Assembly: GCF_030684315.1 (NCBI RefSeq)
Contig: NC_081386.1
Coordinates: 6,395,914 to 6,459,913 of the forward strand
Origin: Stegostoma tigrinum
Lineage: Eukaryota
DNA: 64,000 nt
Direction: 5' to 3'
Below the pieces are notes generated by a model. The model was not told the DNA's origin. It searched no databases and saw only the letters and a list, made by a program, of their open reading frames with translations. The first letter of the stretch is position 1. The number at the start of each line of letters is the position of its first letter. The position numbers were made by a program, and so were the translations under genes. Of this stretch, positions 26,011-40,619 are shown piece by piece.

Positions 26011-28629
26011 TTCAACCTACCCTCATAGCTGAAGTTCCTCATAACTGAGACCAATCTTGTAAATTGCCTTTGCATGCTCACCAGTGCATTCACATCTTCC
26101 CTGTAATGTGGCACCACAACACGAATGGAATAAACCAAGAGATGATTCTTGTGGAACATTTTGTCTCACCATTATTTTGTAGACATTGGTGGGATTTAGG
26201 CTTTGCTGGCTATTGCCCCATCCCTAGCGTACCAGTGAGCTGTCTTTTTAAACCAGTGCAGTATTTGGAGTGCAATGTTTGAAGCGGCATGGTGTGTAAA
26301 GGCAATATCACTGGATTAGAAATGCAGAGATGCAGGCAAATGCTATGGGGTTATTATATTGGCTGGCAGATGGCGAAATCCAAAACAAGTGTGCAATTAA
26401 AAAGCTAATCTAAAGATGATCATGAAATTATTATTGACTGTTGTAAAAACCCATTTTGTTTACTAACATCCTTCAGGGAAGAAAGTCTACCACCTTTATT
26501 TGGTCTGATCTACATGTGATTCGAGTTTGTGACAGCATCGTGGATAACTCTTAAATATTTTCTGAAATAGTTTAGCAAGCCACTCAACTGTATCAAATTT
26601 CCGAAATGTCTTCCCAACTTCTGCCTGTCTGCTTCAGTATTTGTTGAGTGCTTGCTAACCATTGTGCTCCTGACACCCTGATTCAACATTTTCCGACTTT
26701 AGCCTTGAGTCTACTCTATGGTATCCGATTGAAAGCTGTTTGGAAATTCAAATACATTAGATCTGGTACATTGCCTGTGTCTATTTTTTCTAGTACTTTT
26801 CCAAAAAAAAATGCAATAAGATATATCAAGCATTACCTCCCTCTTTGAAATCTGTGCTAACTACTTTTTTAAACTTTCTTTTCAGCTTATTACATCTTTG
26901 GTTAAGGATTCCATTATCTTTCCTGCAGTTGATGTTAAATCAGACTTCTTTGGACTTGGTGAACACGCCTTTTTGAATATAGAAATCACAATTTCTGTCC
27001 ACCATTATTCCCTTTTCTAGTGCATTTTTATTCACATATAATAGCCTTCTGTTAGCTCTTTGTGAGCATCTTTTACTGTGTGAGGATGAAATCTATTCAG
27101 GCCAAGATTTTACACTTTTTAAGATGATTGGTTGATCAACAATCTCTCCTCTTTTCTTTCTTAACTATCTCCATATCTTTTGGGATCTCTATGGAGACAC
27201 AATAATTGTTTACTATTTCTAGAAGGTGTGTAGGTCTGTATATGTAGTCTGTCCAATGCAGACCGTACAGTCGCTTCCCATAGGGACACATATCCAGTTA
27301 ACTAAATATAGTAAGTTTAGGCCCAGTTAGCACAGCTGATGTTTACGGATCTTCAAGTGTGCTGAGGATAGCTTCAATCTTAATCAATTTACTGGCAATC
27401 TTCTTGCCGTTTGACAAGCTCTGACCATTCTTTCCATTAGGAAACCCGTGTGAGATTATTCCGGAAATCATTCAGGAAGGAAAAAAAAATGCAAGTTGAT
27501 CCAGAGAATTGTTTTGTAGTAAACCCAATCATTCTTAATGCACTGAGACACAATGCCCCTGGGATCCTGTCAAAAGATCCCAATAATGTTTCTGCAATTC
27601 TGGAGGTATATCACTTTCTTTGAAGATCATGAACAATGTACAAGAGCTATAAGAAACTGCATGCAGAGGGATAGGAGCTCTCCTCAAGGCAGTAAACGTG
27701 CCTTATTGTGGTCTTACAATGGTCACCCCCTCCCATAGTTAGTCACAGAGGCTGTTGAAAACAGGATGCAGTAAGACAGTCTGGAAAGTTTACATGTCAT
27801 CGTTGCATTGTGAACTTGGCTATGAGTAAGGGAGGCACTTGCTAAGGTAATGATGCCTGCAATAGGTAATGAGCAGTCAGAAAGCACAAGTCACAAGGCA
27901 ATGCAACAAAAAAGGGCTAGCAGCATTCAGATTAAACATTAAATATGTTATCCATCAGAAATATTGTACTCACTGTTGCTCTGTGATAATTTACATTATT
28001 GTTGTGGGTTTTCTTTGATTTTCAATAGAAGTGATTCACCAATTTGTGGAAGAAAACATATTTCCAGGACATAGAATACGGTAGAAAAACAAATTCTCTT
28101 ATAGATTTATTAGGCAGTACGATGCCACAATAGAATAATGTAACAAAATAGGAAATGGTTTAGGCTATTGGACACCACAATCAAAGCATGTAACCAGATC
28201 TGAAATGGTTTTGAAAATGTGCCTCTTCTGAATCTTCACATCAATAAAACTGAACATCTGGAAAAAATCCGACTCTTGTTCAGCATGGGTATGCAGTCAA
28301 TGCAAAGCACATTTCAAAGTTTGAAGCTAATACAATCCTACATTACAGCTCTATGCTCATCATTGGTCTGCTGAGTTTAGAATGGTTTTGTTGCTTTTAA
28401 AAAGAAACTTGTACAAAATATCGTAAAGCAGAACAGGTGACAGATTAAATGGGGTTTCTATTGCATATTAAGGTAAACCCATTAAATATCCCAAACTAGT
28501 TAAATTTTCATATATATAGCAAGTGGAGAGGGCAAAACCATAGTGGTACGTTTCACAGTTGCAAATAAAATTAACTACCATGTCTACTAAACTGTGGGCT
28601 GCAATTATTTTTTAAACATCTCTGATTTC

Positions 28630-29960
28630 AAATCATACATCATGGAAACAGACCTATCAGCCCAACTTGTCCATGCTGACCAGGTTTCCTAAACTGAACT
28701 AGTCCCATTTGCCTGTGTTTGGCGCATATCCCTCTAAATCATTCCCATTCATGTACCCGCCCAAATGATTTCTAAATATTGTAACTGTACCCACCTCGAC
28801 CACTTCCTCTGGAATGTTGTTCCATATGCGCATCACCCTCTGTTTGAAAGAGTTGCTGCCTTAGGCCCCTTTTAAATCATTTTCCTTTCAACTTAAACCA
28901 ATGTTCTCGAGTTTTGGACTGCCCTACCCTGGCAAAAATATCTTGGCTATTCGCCTTATCTATGCCCCTCAGGATTTTAACCTCTATAAGATCACCTCTC
29001 AGCCTCTTATGCTCCAGGGAATAAAGTACCAGCCTATCCAGTCTCTCCTTATAACTCAAACCCTCCAGTCTCAAACATCCTTGTAAATCTTCTTTGCATC
29101 CTTTCCAGTTTAATAACACTCCTCCTAAAGCAGGCCGATCAGAATTGTACACAGTACTCCAAACGTGGTCTTACCAATGTCTTGTCTCACCGTAACATGA
29201 CATCCCAATTCCTGTACTCACTGATCTGACTGACGAAGGCAGGCAAGCCAAATGCCTTCTTCACCATCCTGTCTACCTATGATGCCACTTTTGAGGAATT
29301 ATGTACCTGCATCTCTAAGTCTGTCCGTTTGACAACACACCCCAAGGGTCTATCATTAATTATGTAGCCCCACCCTGGTTTGTCTTAGCAAAATGCAGTA
29401 CCTATGTTAAACTCCATCTGCCATTCTGCTGTCTACTGGCCCAGTTGATTAAGATATCATTGTACTCTTAGGTAAAATTCTTCACAGTCCATGATACAAC
29501 CAATTTTGGCATCATCCACAATTTACTAAACATGCCTTCTATCTTCTCATCCAAATCGTTAACATAAATGACAAACAACAGTGGACCCAGCACTGATCAT
29601 TGCAGCACACTGCTGGTCACAAGCCTCCAGTCTGAGTCTGAACAACCCTCTACTTTTGTGTTTAATTGGCTAGCACTCTGGATCCCACGTAATCCAACCA
29701 TACCAATCAGTGTAGCATGCGGAACCTTGTCGAAGGCATTGCTAAAGTTCATGTAGCCAACGGCTCCTGCTCTGACTTCATCTATCTTCTTGGTCACCTT
29801 TTCAAAAAAATTCGATCAGATTAGTGAGACATGATTTTCCACGCACAAAGCAACCCCTAAATTAGTCTTTGACTTTCCAAATGCATGTTGATCCTGTCTC
29901 TCAGAATCCCCTTCAACAACTTACCCACCACTGATGTCAGGCTCACTAGTCTGTAGTTCC
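28630..29960 (-). mobile_element. Decayed 5'-truncated CR1 LINE
   Basis: Minus frames YMNFSNAFDKVPH and LEGLSYKERLDRL..RLRGDLIEV; 3' end similar to the HE1 SINE tail. Confidence 0.88.
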
Positions 29961-30387
29961 ATGTTGCATGATGCTAGTTTCTATGTATGAAATTGCATCA
30001 ACTGAAAGACTAGGGCCCAGGTTTGAAATCCGGTCTAGAAAGATAAGGTAAGGGTTTTGGTTGGGCAATGAAACATTCTGGATGGCCACTAAGCAAAGTG
30101 AAAGCACACAACAGAAAAATGGCCCTAGAGAGATACTAAGTCAGCTATCAGATTCATATATTTAAACGAAACCATGAGAATGTAGAAATTACAATTAAAA
30201 TGCCCAGACAGCCCTACGGCATCCTTAATAACCGTTTGCCTATTTCAACATACTCTGCAGCTAACTACTAGGTGGCACTTGTGGCTGTATGACCAAAATA
30301 AGGCAAATGTACTGCTGCAAAGTACAGAGACCACTTTTGATTGTTAAAATGGACGGATTGCACCCAATTTTGTTACAATTTCGGCAA

Positions 30388-30672
30388 GGGGGAGGCAATG
30401 GCCTAGTGATATTATTGCTCGACTGTTCATCCAGAGACCCAGATGGCTATCTAGGGATCCAGGTTTGAATCCCACCATAGCACAGGATGGAAGTTGAATT
30501 CAATAAATATCTGGAATTAAGAATCTAATGACAACCATGAATCCATTGAGAATTGTCAGGAAAAATCCATCTGGTTCACTAATGTCCTATAGGGAAGGAG
30601 ACTGCTATCCTTATCTGGGTAATAAATGCTGCCTGATCAGCGACGCCCTCATCCTGTGAAAGAATAAAAAAA
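30388..30672 (+). mobile_element. tRNA-derived SINE-like repeat (family not assigned)
   Basis: A box ggcaatggcctagtg, B box ggtttgaatccc, body ccatctggttcactaatgtcc..agggaagg, A-rich end. Related pieces at about 26285-26590, 32205-32315 and 5810-6130 (minus). Confidence 0.7.
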
Positions 30673-32044
30673 ACCTGACTGGACACCCTATGATGCTGGC
30701 ATTGAGAGCTCAGTTTCTGTTCCTCGAAACCGAGATCTCCTTTCTTTTTCACATGTACAAAATGTATTCCCTATATTAAAATAAAAAAAAACAAATCCTA
30801 CATTTTTCACCTTCACATTGGATTCTCCACCATACATGGACATGATCCATGCACGATCTGCCTTGCTGTCAATACTACCTAAGCTGTTTGTGCTGTCCAA
30901 TCATCAAACTTTTAATGAAGAAGATAAGGAGAGAGAATAGCTCACTACTCTGTGAGGCTCGTAATATGCTGAGATGCTGAACTAATCAGGTATGGAGGTC
31001 TGAGACATATATTCCATATTCAATGCACCAAGCACAAACAAATGTATGCAGGAAGCAGCTGGAGTCATAGAAACCTTCCAATCTTATACAGACTTATAAA
31101 GTTTCTGCACATGATATAACTTAGGGTCCCTTTCCACTGTATAGCTGAAAAGTCTTCCAAATACAAAAAATTTAAAAAAAATGTTTTCCTGCTTAGTCTA
31201 AGAAATCTTCATCCCACTACTTTAAGGTTTAACACCCTCCTCAGAAAGGGGATGGATGTTTAATTGGATAACAGGCACCAGCTGTGGCCTAACCAGTGAT
31301 CTACGATTAAGCATAACTTCTTCACTTTTACAACGTACCCTATGTTGTTCTCTTTAATTTACAAAGCCAAGACCATATTGTCTTTAAACAGGAGTTTACA
31401 GAAAATTAATACCAGAGTTGGCAGCCATTTGATTCATTGTATGTATACCAGCCAAAATGGTGCATTCCAATCTAATTCTATCTTCCAGTTCATACCTTTC
31501 TGATCATTTCTCATTGCTGAAATTCTATACTCTGCAATATCTTCATAAATTTGTTCTGTACCCTTTAGTGGAATCACATCCTACCCTGTAATGCAGAACT
31601 GAACACAATTCTTCTTGTGTGGTTTAACTAATTCTAGTATAACCACCATCCACATGGATTCTATGCCTTGGACAATAAAGGAAAGTGTCTGTATGCCTTC
31701 TTCACCAACTTAGTCACCCGTCTGTATAACTTCAGGGATTTGAACATCTCCAGGATCGTTCTGTTCTAATAAGTTCACAGTACACCCAATTTATTGCCCT
31801 TGCCAAATGCACCACTTCAAACCGAATTTCAACAGCCTTTTTTCTGCACACCTCACCAATTCACCAATAGCTTCCCATTCACTAGAAAGGGTTGAGGAAC
31901 GACTCAATAAAGCTCTCCAAAATTACTGAAGGGACGGTACAGAAGCTGGTTCCCCTCCTTGACAAGACCAAAACTAAGGATTCAGTCGCCCCAATAAATC
32001 CAGTGGTAAATTTTTTACTCAGAATGGCTAAAATTTGGAACTTG

Positions 32045-32570
32045 AGAGGTTCTTGCGGTGCAGTGGTAGTGTTCCTATCGCTGGACCAAGAAGCCTGGGT
32101 TCAAGTCCCACCTGCTCCAGAGCTGTGTAATAACACCCCTGAAAGGTTCAACTAGCAAAATAGGTTATATTTAAAAAGTTAAGAATGTGGAACTAACTGC
32201 TGGAGAATGGCCTTTGTAGTTTTATTGCTAGACTATAAATCTAGAGACCTAAGTAATGCTCTGGGGGCCTAGGTTTTAAATCGTGGTGATGGCAGATGGT
32301 AGAATTTGAATTCAATGTAACAATACATAGGATATGGAAATAGGCTAAATTTAAAAAGAAAATCACAACTGGTGCCCTCTTGTGGTGCAGTGGTAGTGTC
32401 CCTGCCCCAAGCCAAGAGACCTGGGTTCAAGTCCCACCTGCTCCAGAGATGCATAATAACATTGCTAAACAGGTAGATTTAAAAAAAAATCTAGAACCTG
32501 GAACTCAGGGGTCTTGCGGTGCAGTGGCACAGTCTCTACTTCCAGACCAGACAGGACCAGGTTCAAGCGG
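32045..32570 (+). mobile_element. Cluster of three short tRNA-like SINE heads plus one head of another family
   Basis: tcttgcggtgcagtggtagtgt..ctgggttcaagtcccacctgctccagag at about 32050 and 32378, partial at 32510; minus-strand relative at about 6700-6800. Confidence 0.75.
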
Positions 32571-33104
32571 TGGGAGGAAGCTTCCACAGTGCCTAAAACC
32601 TGGCATGGGCTAGTTGGGCCAAATGGCCTGGTTGTATGCTGTTTATTCTACAGAAGACAACGGGTGGAAGCAAAGATCCTTGTAGCATACATAACCAAGG
32701 TCATTTACCAAGCAAACCAACTCAGACATCAAGGGAGATCAATAAAATGACTATGACTGGCTTGGCTTTCAATGGCCAATTGGATATATGAATCGTTAAG
32801 TTCCAAAATCAACGACAAGGACTTAAGGTTATTTACTGTCTGAAGGTCCAGATACTGGAAGCATCTGGGTGGAACTGAAGAAATAGGATAACATTAGTCC
32901 CACTGGAGTGAAATTGCATCTTTGAGAAAATTAATAGAGGCAGCAAACAGACAGCAGTGGATATCCGGATTGTATGAGTGAGGCATCAGCAATACATAGA
33001 GGGAGATGGGATAGGGATAAGGAAGGAAATTAACTGTGTTAGAGAAATTTCTCTCTCTTTCTGCTGTTTTTACTACCTTGCTGCAATGCTACATGAACAT
33101 ATAG

Positions 33105-33241
33105 ATGTTAAATTGCCCATAGTGTTCAGAGATGTGTAGATTATGTGGGTTATAGAGAGATGGGTTTGGGCAGGATGCTCTGAGGGTTGGTGTGGACTTG
33201 GGCTGAAGGGCCTGTTTCCACACTGTAGGGATTCTATGATT
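33105..33241 (+). mobile_element. 5'-truncated HE1-type SINE
   Basis: taaattgcccatagtgttcag...gggcctgtttccacactgtagggattctatgat matches the 3' half of 14602-14904. Confidence 0.85.
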
Positions 33242-33499
33242 CAATTGTTTTTCTACCCCAAACCAACAGTGATCACTGCATTCATCAGAGATTTGTCTGG
33301 TGAATCTCGTGTCTATTAATACATAACTCTAAGAAAACATACATACACATTCTGGATTTTTATCTATTATGTTCATAATTCTTACAGGAAATGACTTAAT
33401 TTAAGTAGGCTTGAGGAGTCAGTATGTAATAATGCTTAACTTATCATAACTGCCCAGGACAGACTGAAGGCCTATTTTTCCTGTCTATCATTGTTCGTA

Positions 33500-33830
33500 A
33501 ACAGAAAGCCGTGAGGAGTAGACCATTCAGCCTACTTTGTTATTCTAGATCATGAATGGTCATCTATGTCAACACCAGATTTCCACACTATCCATTTATC
33601 CATTTTAATGTCATTAATATCTACAGATCTCTACCTTAACCATTCCCAATGGCTAAGCTCCCACAGGCTTCGGGGGTAGAGAATTCCAAAGGTTCATTTT
33701 TCTGTGACTGAAGAAATTCCTCCTCTCAGTCCTACATGGCTTGCCCCTAGTTTTAGATTCCCATCCTGGGGAACTGATTCTTTCTGCATCCACCCTGTTC
33801 AGTCTCTTCAGAATGGTTTGCATTTCTATA
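33500..33830 (-). mobile_element. CR1 3'-end fragment
   Basis: ggggtagagaattccaaaggttc...gaagaaattcctc is the reverse complement of the CR1 FFSQR..WNSLP region. Confidence 0.7.
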
Positions 33831-33899
33831 AACTAGTTGCAATAAAATTGAAGAGAAGTATATGAGTAGACCGCTCAATAAGTGTTATTCCTCTCCATG

Positions 33900-35400
33900 C
33901 CTTGTGAAATGTTTTCTATATTAAAAGACAAGTTGCAGCTGAACAGGGCTGGAATCAGCATCCTCATAGGAAGATTAATTCATTCTGGAGGGATGGGGGA
34001 TGGTGGGGGAAGTTTCAAATTAATTTGGCTGAAAGACAGGAACCAGGACACAACAAGAGAGTGGAGAGGCATATTGCGTAGAAAAATCAGGAAAAAAGAA
34101 AAAGAATAAAGAATAATTAGGTGCAGCTGAAACATAAAAGGTGGGGGTGGGGGTGTGGGGGAACAAAAGCTGACTGGAATGCATGTATTAATGTGAGGAA
34201 TATCAAAAATGAAGAGCAATGGGTACCCGGGGTTATGATATAATATTTGTGATAGGGATTTGGCTTTAAAAAGAAGAGGAAAGGAAACAAAACAGTACTT
34301 AGTTTTGGGAGATAAGGAAGGGATAAAGACAGTAGGGCAGGGGAAATATTGGTCACGGATAAGTTTACATTCTCCAGAGGTTAATATACCAAAGGATTCA
34401 AATACTGAATTTACTTGGCCAAAATTAAGGAACAGAAAACTAGATTTTTTTTTGTTTATTGAGCACTGCAAAAGATACCAGAGTTGACACAAGGTATGGA
34501 GAACAGAAGTGATAAAGGAGTCTATATACAGACTATATATATATTATCTATATTGATTACAGACAGAGGGAGAAACAGAGTGCAAACCAAGGAAGTTGAA
34601 GAATTCTAAACACGTATGCAGAAGAACTTTCTTTAATAGTATATTTTAGCCCAATGAGAAAGGAATCTGTGCTGGATCAAGTAGTGGGGATGAAGTAGAG
34701 CAGATGGTGGGCGTTTCAATGAGAGATCATCTGGGCAGCAATGAATCATTTATCATCAGTAAGTTTAAAGGAACGACAGGAAGGAACAAAACCAAAAAGC
34801 AAACAAAGAAAAATTAAGAGAGCCAATTGCGGTGATTCGGGAAACAATCTAGAACTGATCAACTAGAAGCAAAGATTGGTTGGGAAAAGACTAAACATCA
34901 AGATAAGTACTAGTCAGACATATTCCCATAAGAAGCAATGTGGAACATTCAAAACTAGATCTCCCTGGGTAATAAAGGAAATAGAAGTTGAATTAAAACT
35001 GAAAAAGCTTTATGATAATTGTAAGCTTGTAAAGTACAAAGAGTGTAGGGAGAAACTGAAAATGAATAAAGGAAGGGTAAAGAGAGAATGTAAGACAAGT
35101 TTACGCATGAAAACACAACAATTGCCTGGAAGCAGATAAACAATAAAAGAAATGGTAGTGCCAATTTGGAACAAAAAAAATCTTTTTGTGGAGACAGAAT
35201 GCATGACTAATAAGCTGATTGAACATTTTGCACCTGACTTCACAAAGAGGAAACAGTTAATGTTGCACTGGCAAGAAGTGAGAAAAATAGAAGTTTTAGA
35301 TAGAATTTAGATAAATAGAAGGGATACGTTGATACGTTTCTATTGGTCACAAGTTAACAAGCTACCCAATCCGACAGGAATACAACATAGGTTTGAGCCT
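33900..35400 (+). mobile_element. Highly decayed CR1 LINE (ORF1 end and endonuclease region)
   Basis: LQLNRAGISIL..R, SPMRKESVLD, SPWVIKEI remnants; purine-rich plus strand. Confidence 0.6.
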
Positions 35401-38400
35401 AAAAAGAAATGTTCTGCCAACATGCTGTGAAATAAGGTGCTGTTCAGTCAATATATTTTAATGCTGTATGCTATTCTTAATTTACCATTTCAAATTATTC
35501 CTGCATCAGTGGCAAACCATCATATTCTCACCTAAGTTTTTTTTTACATCAAAGGGATGTCTACAAACAAATGCCAGATGTTGAAAGAGAAGCCACACCA
35601 TTGTAATAGTAGTTTTCTTTTGTTGGTCACAGGATTAAAAAAGTTAATGTATCCACCATTACATTTGGTTGAAATTCAAGAGGAAACTTTGAAATAAACT
35701 TGCTTCCACCTGCATGCGGAGATACCATGAAATTTAGTTTTGTGAATTATTTGACTTAGATTCGATGCACGACTATAGATAACATATAAGCCGATCATAT
35801 GGTTAGAACTACTCACTGGGCTCTCCATGATATTGAGACATTTTGGAATATGCCACTTAAATAGTTCTTATTTCAGCTAACCATAACCTGGTGTCTCATC
35901 ATTTTGCTCCAATAGATTTCACATTAATTGCTTCGGTACTGTTGGAGAAATTGCCTTAATACACTAGCAAATTTGAAGAATGTTCTGTTCAAGCTTCCAA
36001 AGTACTGAGGAACTTAATAACTGACTTATTTCACTTTATGCCTATTGCCAAGTCAGACCAGCTGGAGGATTTTGTCCTCAAAATGCTTAAGCTTTATTAA
36101 GCACATTGAAAGGCACCATTCTAAGACACTAGTGAAAGAGAACAATTGGCCCAATATTCTTAAAGCAAAACACGTTTCCTGGATATTTTTGTCAACTTCT
36201 CCACGTGAGACACTGATTGCTGCTGAGAAGTAGGTGTTGTCTATTGCAGAACCTTAAAAAAAAGGTTGAATTAGAAAATATGAGTGGAATAATCCTCTGA
36301 AAAAAAAAGTAAATAGCCATGGTCAACAAAGCAGCAAAGGCACCTTACTCCAATATAGGGAGAAGTATGGTTAGACGTCACACAAGGGGCATCAAACTGC
36401 AAGTTGAGGGCCAGGCAATGAAACGTCTTCTCGAACTACCAGAGCCAGTTTGGAGATTGATCTCACACTGCTGGTGTAACTCTGCATCACATTTTAGCCA
36501 CATTTATTTATTCCCTTGAAAGGCTTACAGAATCCATATGGCATCCTACAATGAAAGAGGTAGACATTGACTGTGAGTGTTATTTCAGAAGACTGCTATA
36601 ACTGCAGTTCTGCGCAATCATTTTCAACTGTTCAAGTTGAAAATAAGGTTAAGAAACACTAGGTCAGAATCCTCGGCTAAGAGTGGAATTCTCAATCAAA
36701 CAATAAGACTAATGTAGCAACCCAATCAGACCTTTGGTAAAGTGTGCAACATTAGGTGGTGTGATGAAATGTCCAAGTCTGTCATGTGGAAATTGAATAA
36801 CTAACAGACATTGGGCTCGCAGAAGAATTGAGGAATGGAACAAAACAAAGAATGTATGTTCAAAATGAACCCCAAAGTCTGCTGCCAAGTCCTTGAACTG
36901 CAATAGGTTTTAGATTTACTACTTCTTTTCGGCTTTCCTGTAGTTTTGCTAACAACCAAAAACTGCAAAGGAAATAAAATGATTTGGATACAGATTAGAA
37001 AGCAGAGGTCATGCTGGAAATGTAAAAGTGCTCAAATGAGGACAAGGAGCTTGAAGAATCAGGAGGATATGTAAATTAAGAAAGGAGAACCTAGGTCTTA
37101 CGAGTCATTTTCACTCAGAATTCACAGAGAACATTTGATACATTGAGCATTTTTTAGATCATGGGTCTATTTGAGATCATAGCTCTAAAAACAGGTTAGA
37201 ATCTTGTCTGGACTTCTCTTGTGGAGCTTCAATTTGAGGTATAAAAAGGAGGAACTTAAAAACTTCACAAATTCCTTCCCTTGTTTGAACTTTGCTTGAC
37301 TCTGCTGAGGAGAGGAATTTGATGGTAACACACAGTTGAAACCAGTTAAATGGCAAATCAGTAGAAAAGAAGCGGTGGTGGCAGTCATATTCATCATTAC
37401 GACTGGTCTAACCTTATATGCCACTGTCATCTATTCTAACAGGAGCTTTGGGTTCTGGGAGATCAAAAAGTTAGAAATGCGCGTTGTGTTAACAGATTGC
37501 TTTACTGACATGATTCCAATTCTTACCATAAATAATATATCTAAATACAGTCATGAAAGCCTTATGCTTCAAAGATGACCACTACAATAATGGCATCTTA
37601 GAATTACCTGCGATGGGAAGTTATAAAAATTTAACAGTTTTAATTAGACAACAATTATTCTCCTCTCTCCTGTTCCAGTTTTCTCTGTCAAAGATATAAA
37701 TAAAAAGTAAAATACGTTGTTTAAAAACCATTGCCACGTGAGCTAAAATATTAAAACCTACATTTTATTTCAGAAAACATTTTGCATATTATGAATTATT
37801 TTCTTTAATGTTATTCATTTTGTTCCAAGTCTTGCTTGTTATTAAGTATAGTATCAGTTGCATTCTGAATCAAATTTAACTAATTGTTTTGTGCGAGAAG
37901 AGTTATTGATTATCTGAGGGGATCATATATACTGTAATTCACAGCTTGTAGGGACCATAATGATCATAGAAGACGCTTCAGTAGCCCAAGTAAAATTTCT
38001 ACTGGTTTGAATTGCCTTTTACTGAGCTGTGAAATGGCCCTTTGAGCTAATCAGAATAATTTGACTGCAGTTTGATACATGATTCTGAAACAACTTGCAG
38101 AGCAAGCAGAGACAACACAAATTACAACATATGGGATTGGATTTTCTGAGAAGTGACAATCTCACTCAAGATTGCCTCTCTGCCTCTTACTTTTTACGAA
38201 AGGACAGAGCACTGCACTCCTGACAGAAGATTACAATCAGGGCTCCTTCAGAAATGTGTGGCCGCACTTCTACTCTGACAGTTCTCTCGTAGCCCTTTCC
38301 TCAGTAGTTAGCTGTTGTATTCTGATGTGTTAAGGTCCAGAACAACAAACAGCTACTTTGTCAGGCGCTGTCAAATGGTAAATAGAACAGACAAGTCAGA

Positions 38401-39189
38401 AGTTAGCCTGCTGATAGAGAGTGGTTGGATGCCATGACGCAGGGTGGCTGATGGGTCAACTAAGTGCATGGGATATGTCGGAGTGGGTTGGAGAAACTAG
38501 GCACAGTGGCTGGTGGAGAAGGGTGTGTTGGGTTGGCAGTGGAGGCAGATCAGGTGCCGACCAAGGAGTGGGAAGATGATGAGATCTGGAGGTAAGGCAA
38601 GGGGGAGGGGGGTTGAGGCAGGCAGTTCAAGTCTAGAACAGGTGAGGAAAAGAGTAAGGGGAAGAGGGAGGCGGTGAGGTGGTGGTTGGCTCCTGGAGGG
38701 ATGAAGGATGGTATGAATCCAGAGTGGATGAGGTAGGATCTGAATTCCCCAGTTTAACTGGATTCTTTCACAAAGTTCCAAGGGTAGAGTAATTGCCAAG
38801 CAGAAACTTCAATTTTTCAGTGCGGTTCTTTCAAAGTGTGCTGATTGAGACTCATCAGGATTCTCACTTGCAACCCCAATTGTGCTGGATCATCAGCCCT
38901 CTGTCCAACAGAAAATCTGGGCTACAGGTTTTCATTTTGCCAGTACTGAACTTTTTGTTTTCCACTATCTATTGAAAATAAATAAGGTTTCCAATTTAGT
39001 CAAGTATAATAATTACAGCAGCAATGGCTGGTTCTTTGTTTCCTAATAACATTAAAAAACAGATACTTGGTTGTGCAGTGCATGAGAAGTATTTAGTCCT
39101 TGTTAGATTTACTCCTACAAGACTCTGCTCTACAATCCCTTGTTTTCTTCTTAAAAAATAGATGATACTGATTAAGAGGAGAATTTGAG

Positions 39190-39800
39190 TTAGTGGCACT
39201 GACTCCAGTGAACTAGAGAATACTGAGGTTCCTTTCTAGTGGAATAGAATTAGAAAGCAGAAGAATAATGCTAAACTTGTATAGAAATGATGTGCTGTTA
39301 ACTGTTCTAATCTTCATATTTTGAATTAAGGATCAGAGGCAGTAGAAAAGGTGAAGAAATTACTAAAATTATACAGTTTATATCCATCAGAAAAGATCAA
39401 AATGGCTGAGGGATCTTTTCTCTAGAAAAGGAGAGAAACAGCAGTGTTTTTAAGATTTTTTAAAAGTTTTTAAGATAACAGAACGGTTTGAAAGGTTAGA
39501 CAAACAGAAATTGTTACTATTTCTGAATGAATCCAGACTGGAGACTATAAGATAACTGCTACGAAATTAACAGGAAAATGCGGGATAAACTTTATTTTAC
39601 TCATTGTAGCCAGAATGTGAATTTGCAACCACAGAAAGTGTTTGAAGTGAATGTACTTAAGGGGAGGCTAGATGAACCTTGAGGGAGGGGTTAAGGTATG
39701 TTGATTGTTTAGATGAAGGGAGGTGTGAGGATGTTCATTTGGACCATAAATGCTGGTATGGATTATTGGGCTGAATGGGCTACTTTTTTCTGTTGACACT
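39190..39800 (+). mobile_element. Old CR1 3' fragment
   Basis: atgctaaacttgtataga, ttttctctagaaaagga, gggctgaatggg remnants. Confidence 0.6.
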
Positions 39801-40619
39801 TTGCAACACTCAACAAAAGATTTAAAATTATGCGCATCGCAGATTGAGCCAATTCCTCTTAACTCAACATCCACGGCATTCTTACATCATGTCTGAGTGT
39901 ACAAACCAAGGCAAAGTTTCAAGGTCAATGGTTTGTTCTTTACTGAATCCAAACCATCATGAAGAATAACAGTAGTAATACTGCGAGAGCATTGCTTCTT
40001 TCAAATTGTCTTCCAAATCACGCATCAACTTGACTTGGCCACGTATGAATGGTGCAGGGTCAAAATTGCGAAAAATCCCTATAGCTAACATTGCTATTGC
40101 CATGACACAATGAGAAGAATCAACACTGGCATTTTAAGAGTTCAAGTAATTAGGCATTCCCAGAATCGCAAGTATAAAAATGAAAAAAAAAACCCAGCTA
40201 CAGACAGAGTAGGGCAGTAGGATTAGTGCTGAATTCCTCTTGCAAAAAGCCGATAATAAGAGAATGAGCCAATGGCCGCCTCTGGTGCTGCAGACTTCAA
40301 CTGTTGTATGATTTTGAAGTAAAGAAAATGAACCAAAACGAAAAGAAATACAATTGAAAAATTTATAACAAGAAAGTTCAGTAGGCTCTTAACAGTAATT
40401 TCGAGAATATCCATTTAACATTTAAATTCTTCTAATTTCTGATGAACATAGCTGAATTACAGCAGACATTTGAAATTTCAGAGAATTTTCTCATTCTCAT
40501 TTGTCAAGGAGGAGAACGGACTTCTTTACTTAATTCTGTTTCAGTCCAAATACATTGTGTCCATTCTGCATCTCTAAACACCCATCTGGTGACCTTCAAC
40601 ATAATTAATCCAATAGGAC

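Noticed and set aside
30688-30900. Minus ORF containing KAD, considered as the missing EFL1 last exon
   Set aside because: Lacks DPFWVP, EEYLHFGE and KIVEHAEKQR in the frames I read; chance match.
33980-34492. 170-aa hydrophobic minus-strand ORF
   Set aside because: Antisense of an A-rich decayed CR1; stop-poor for compositional reasons.
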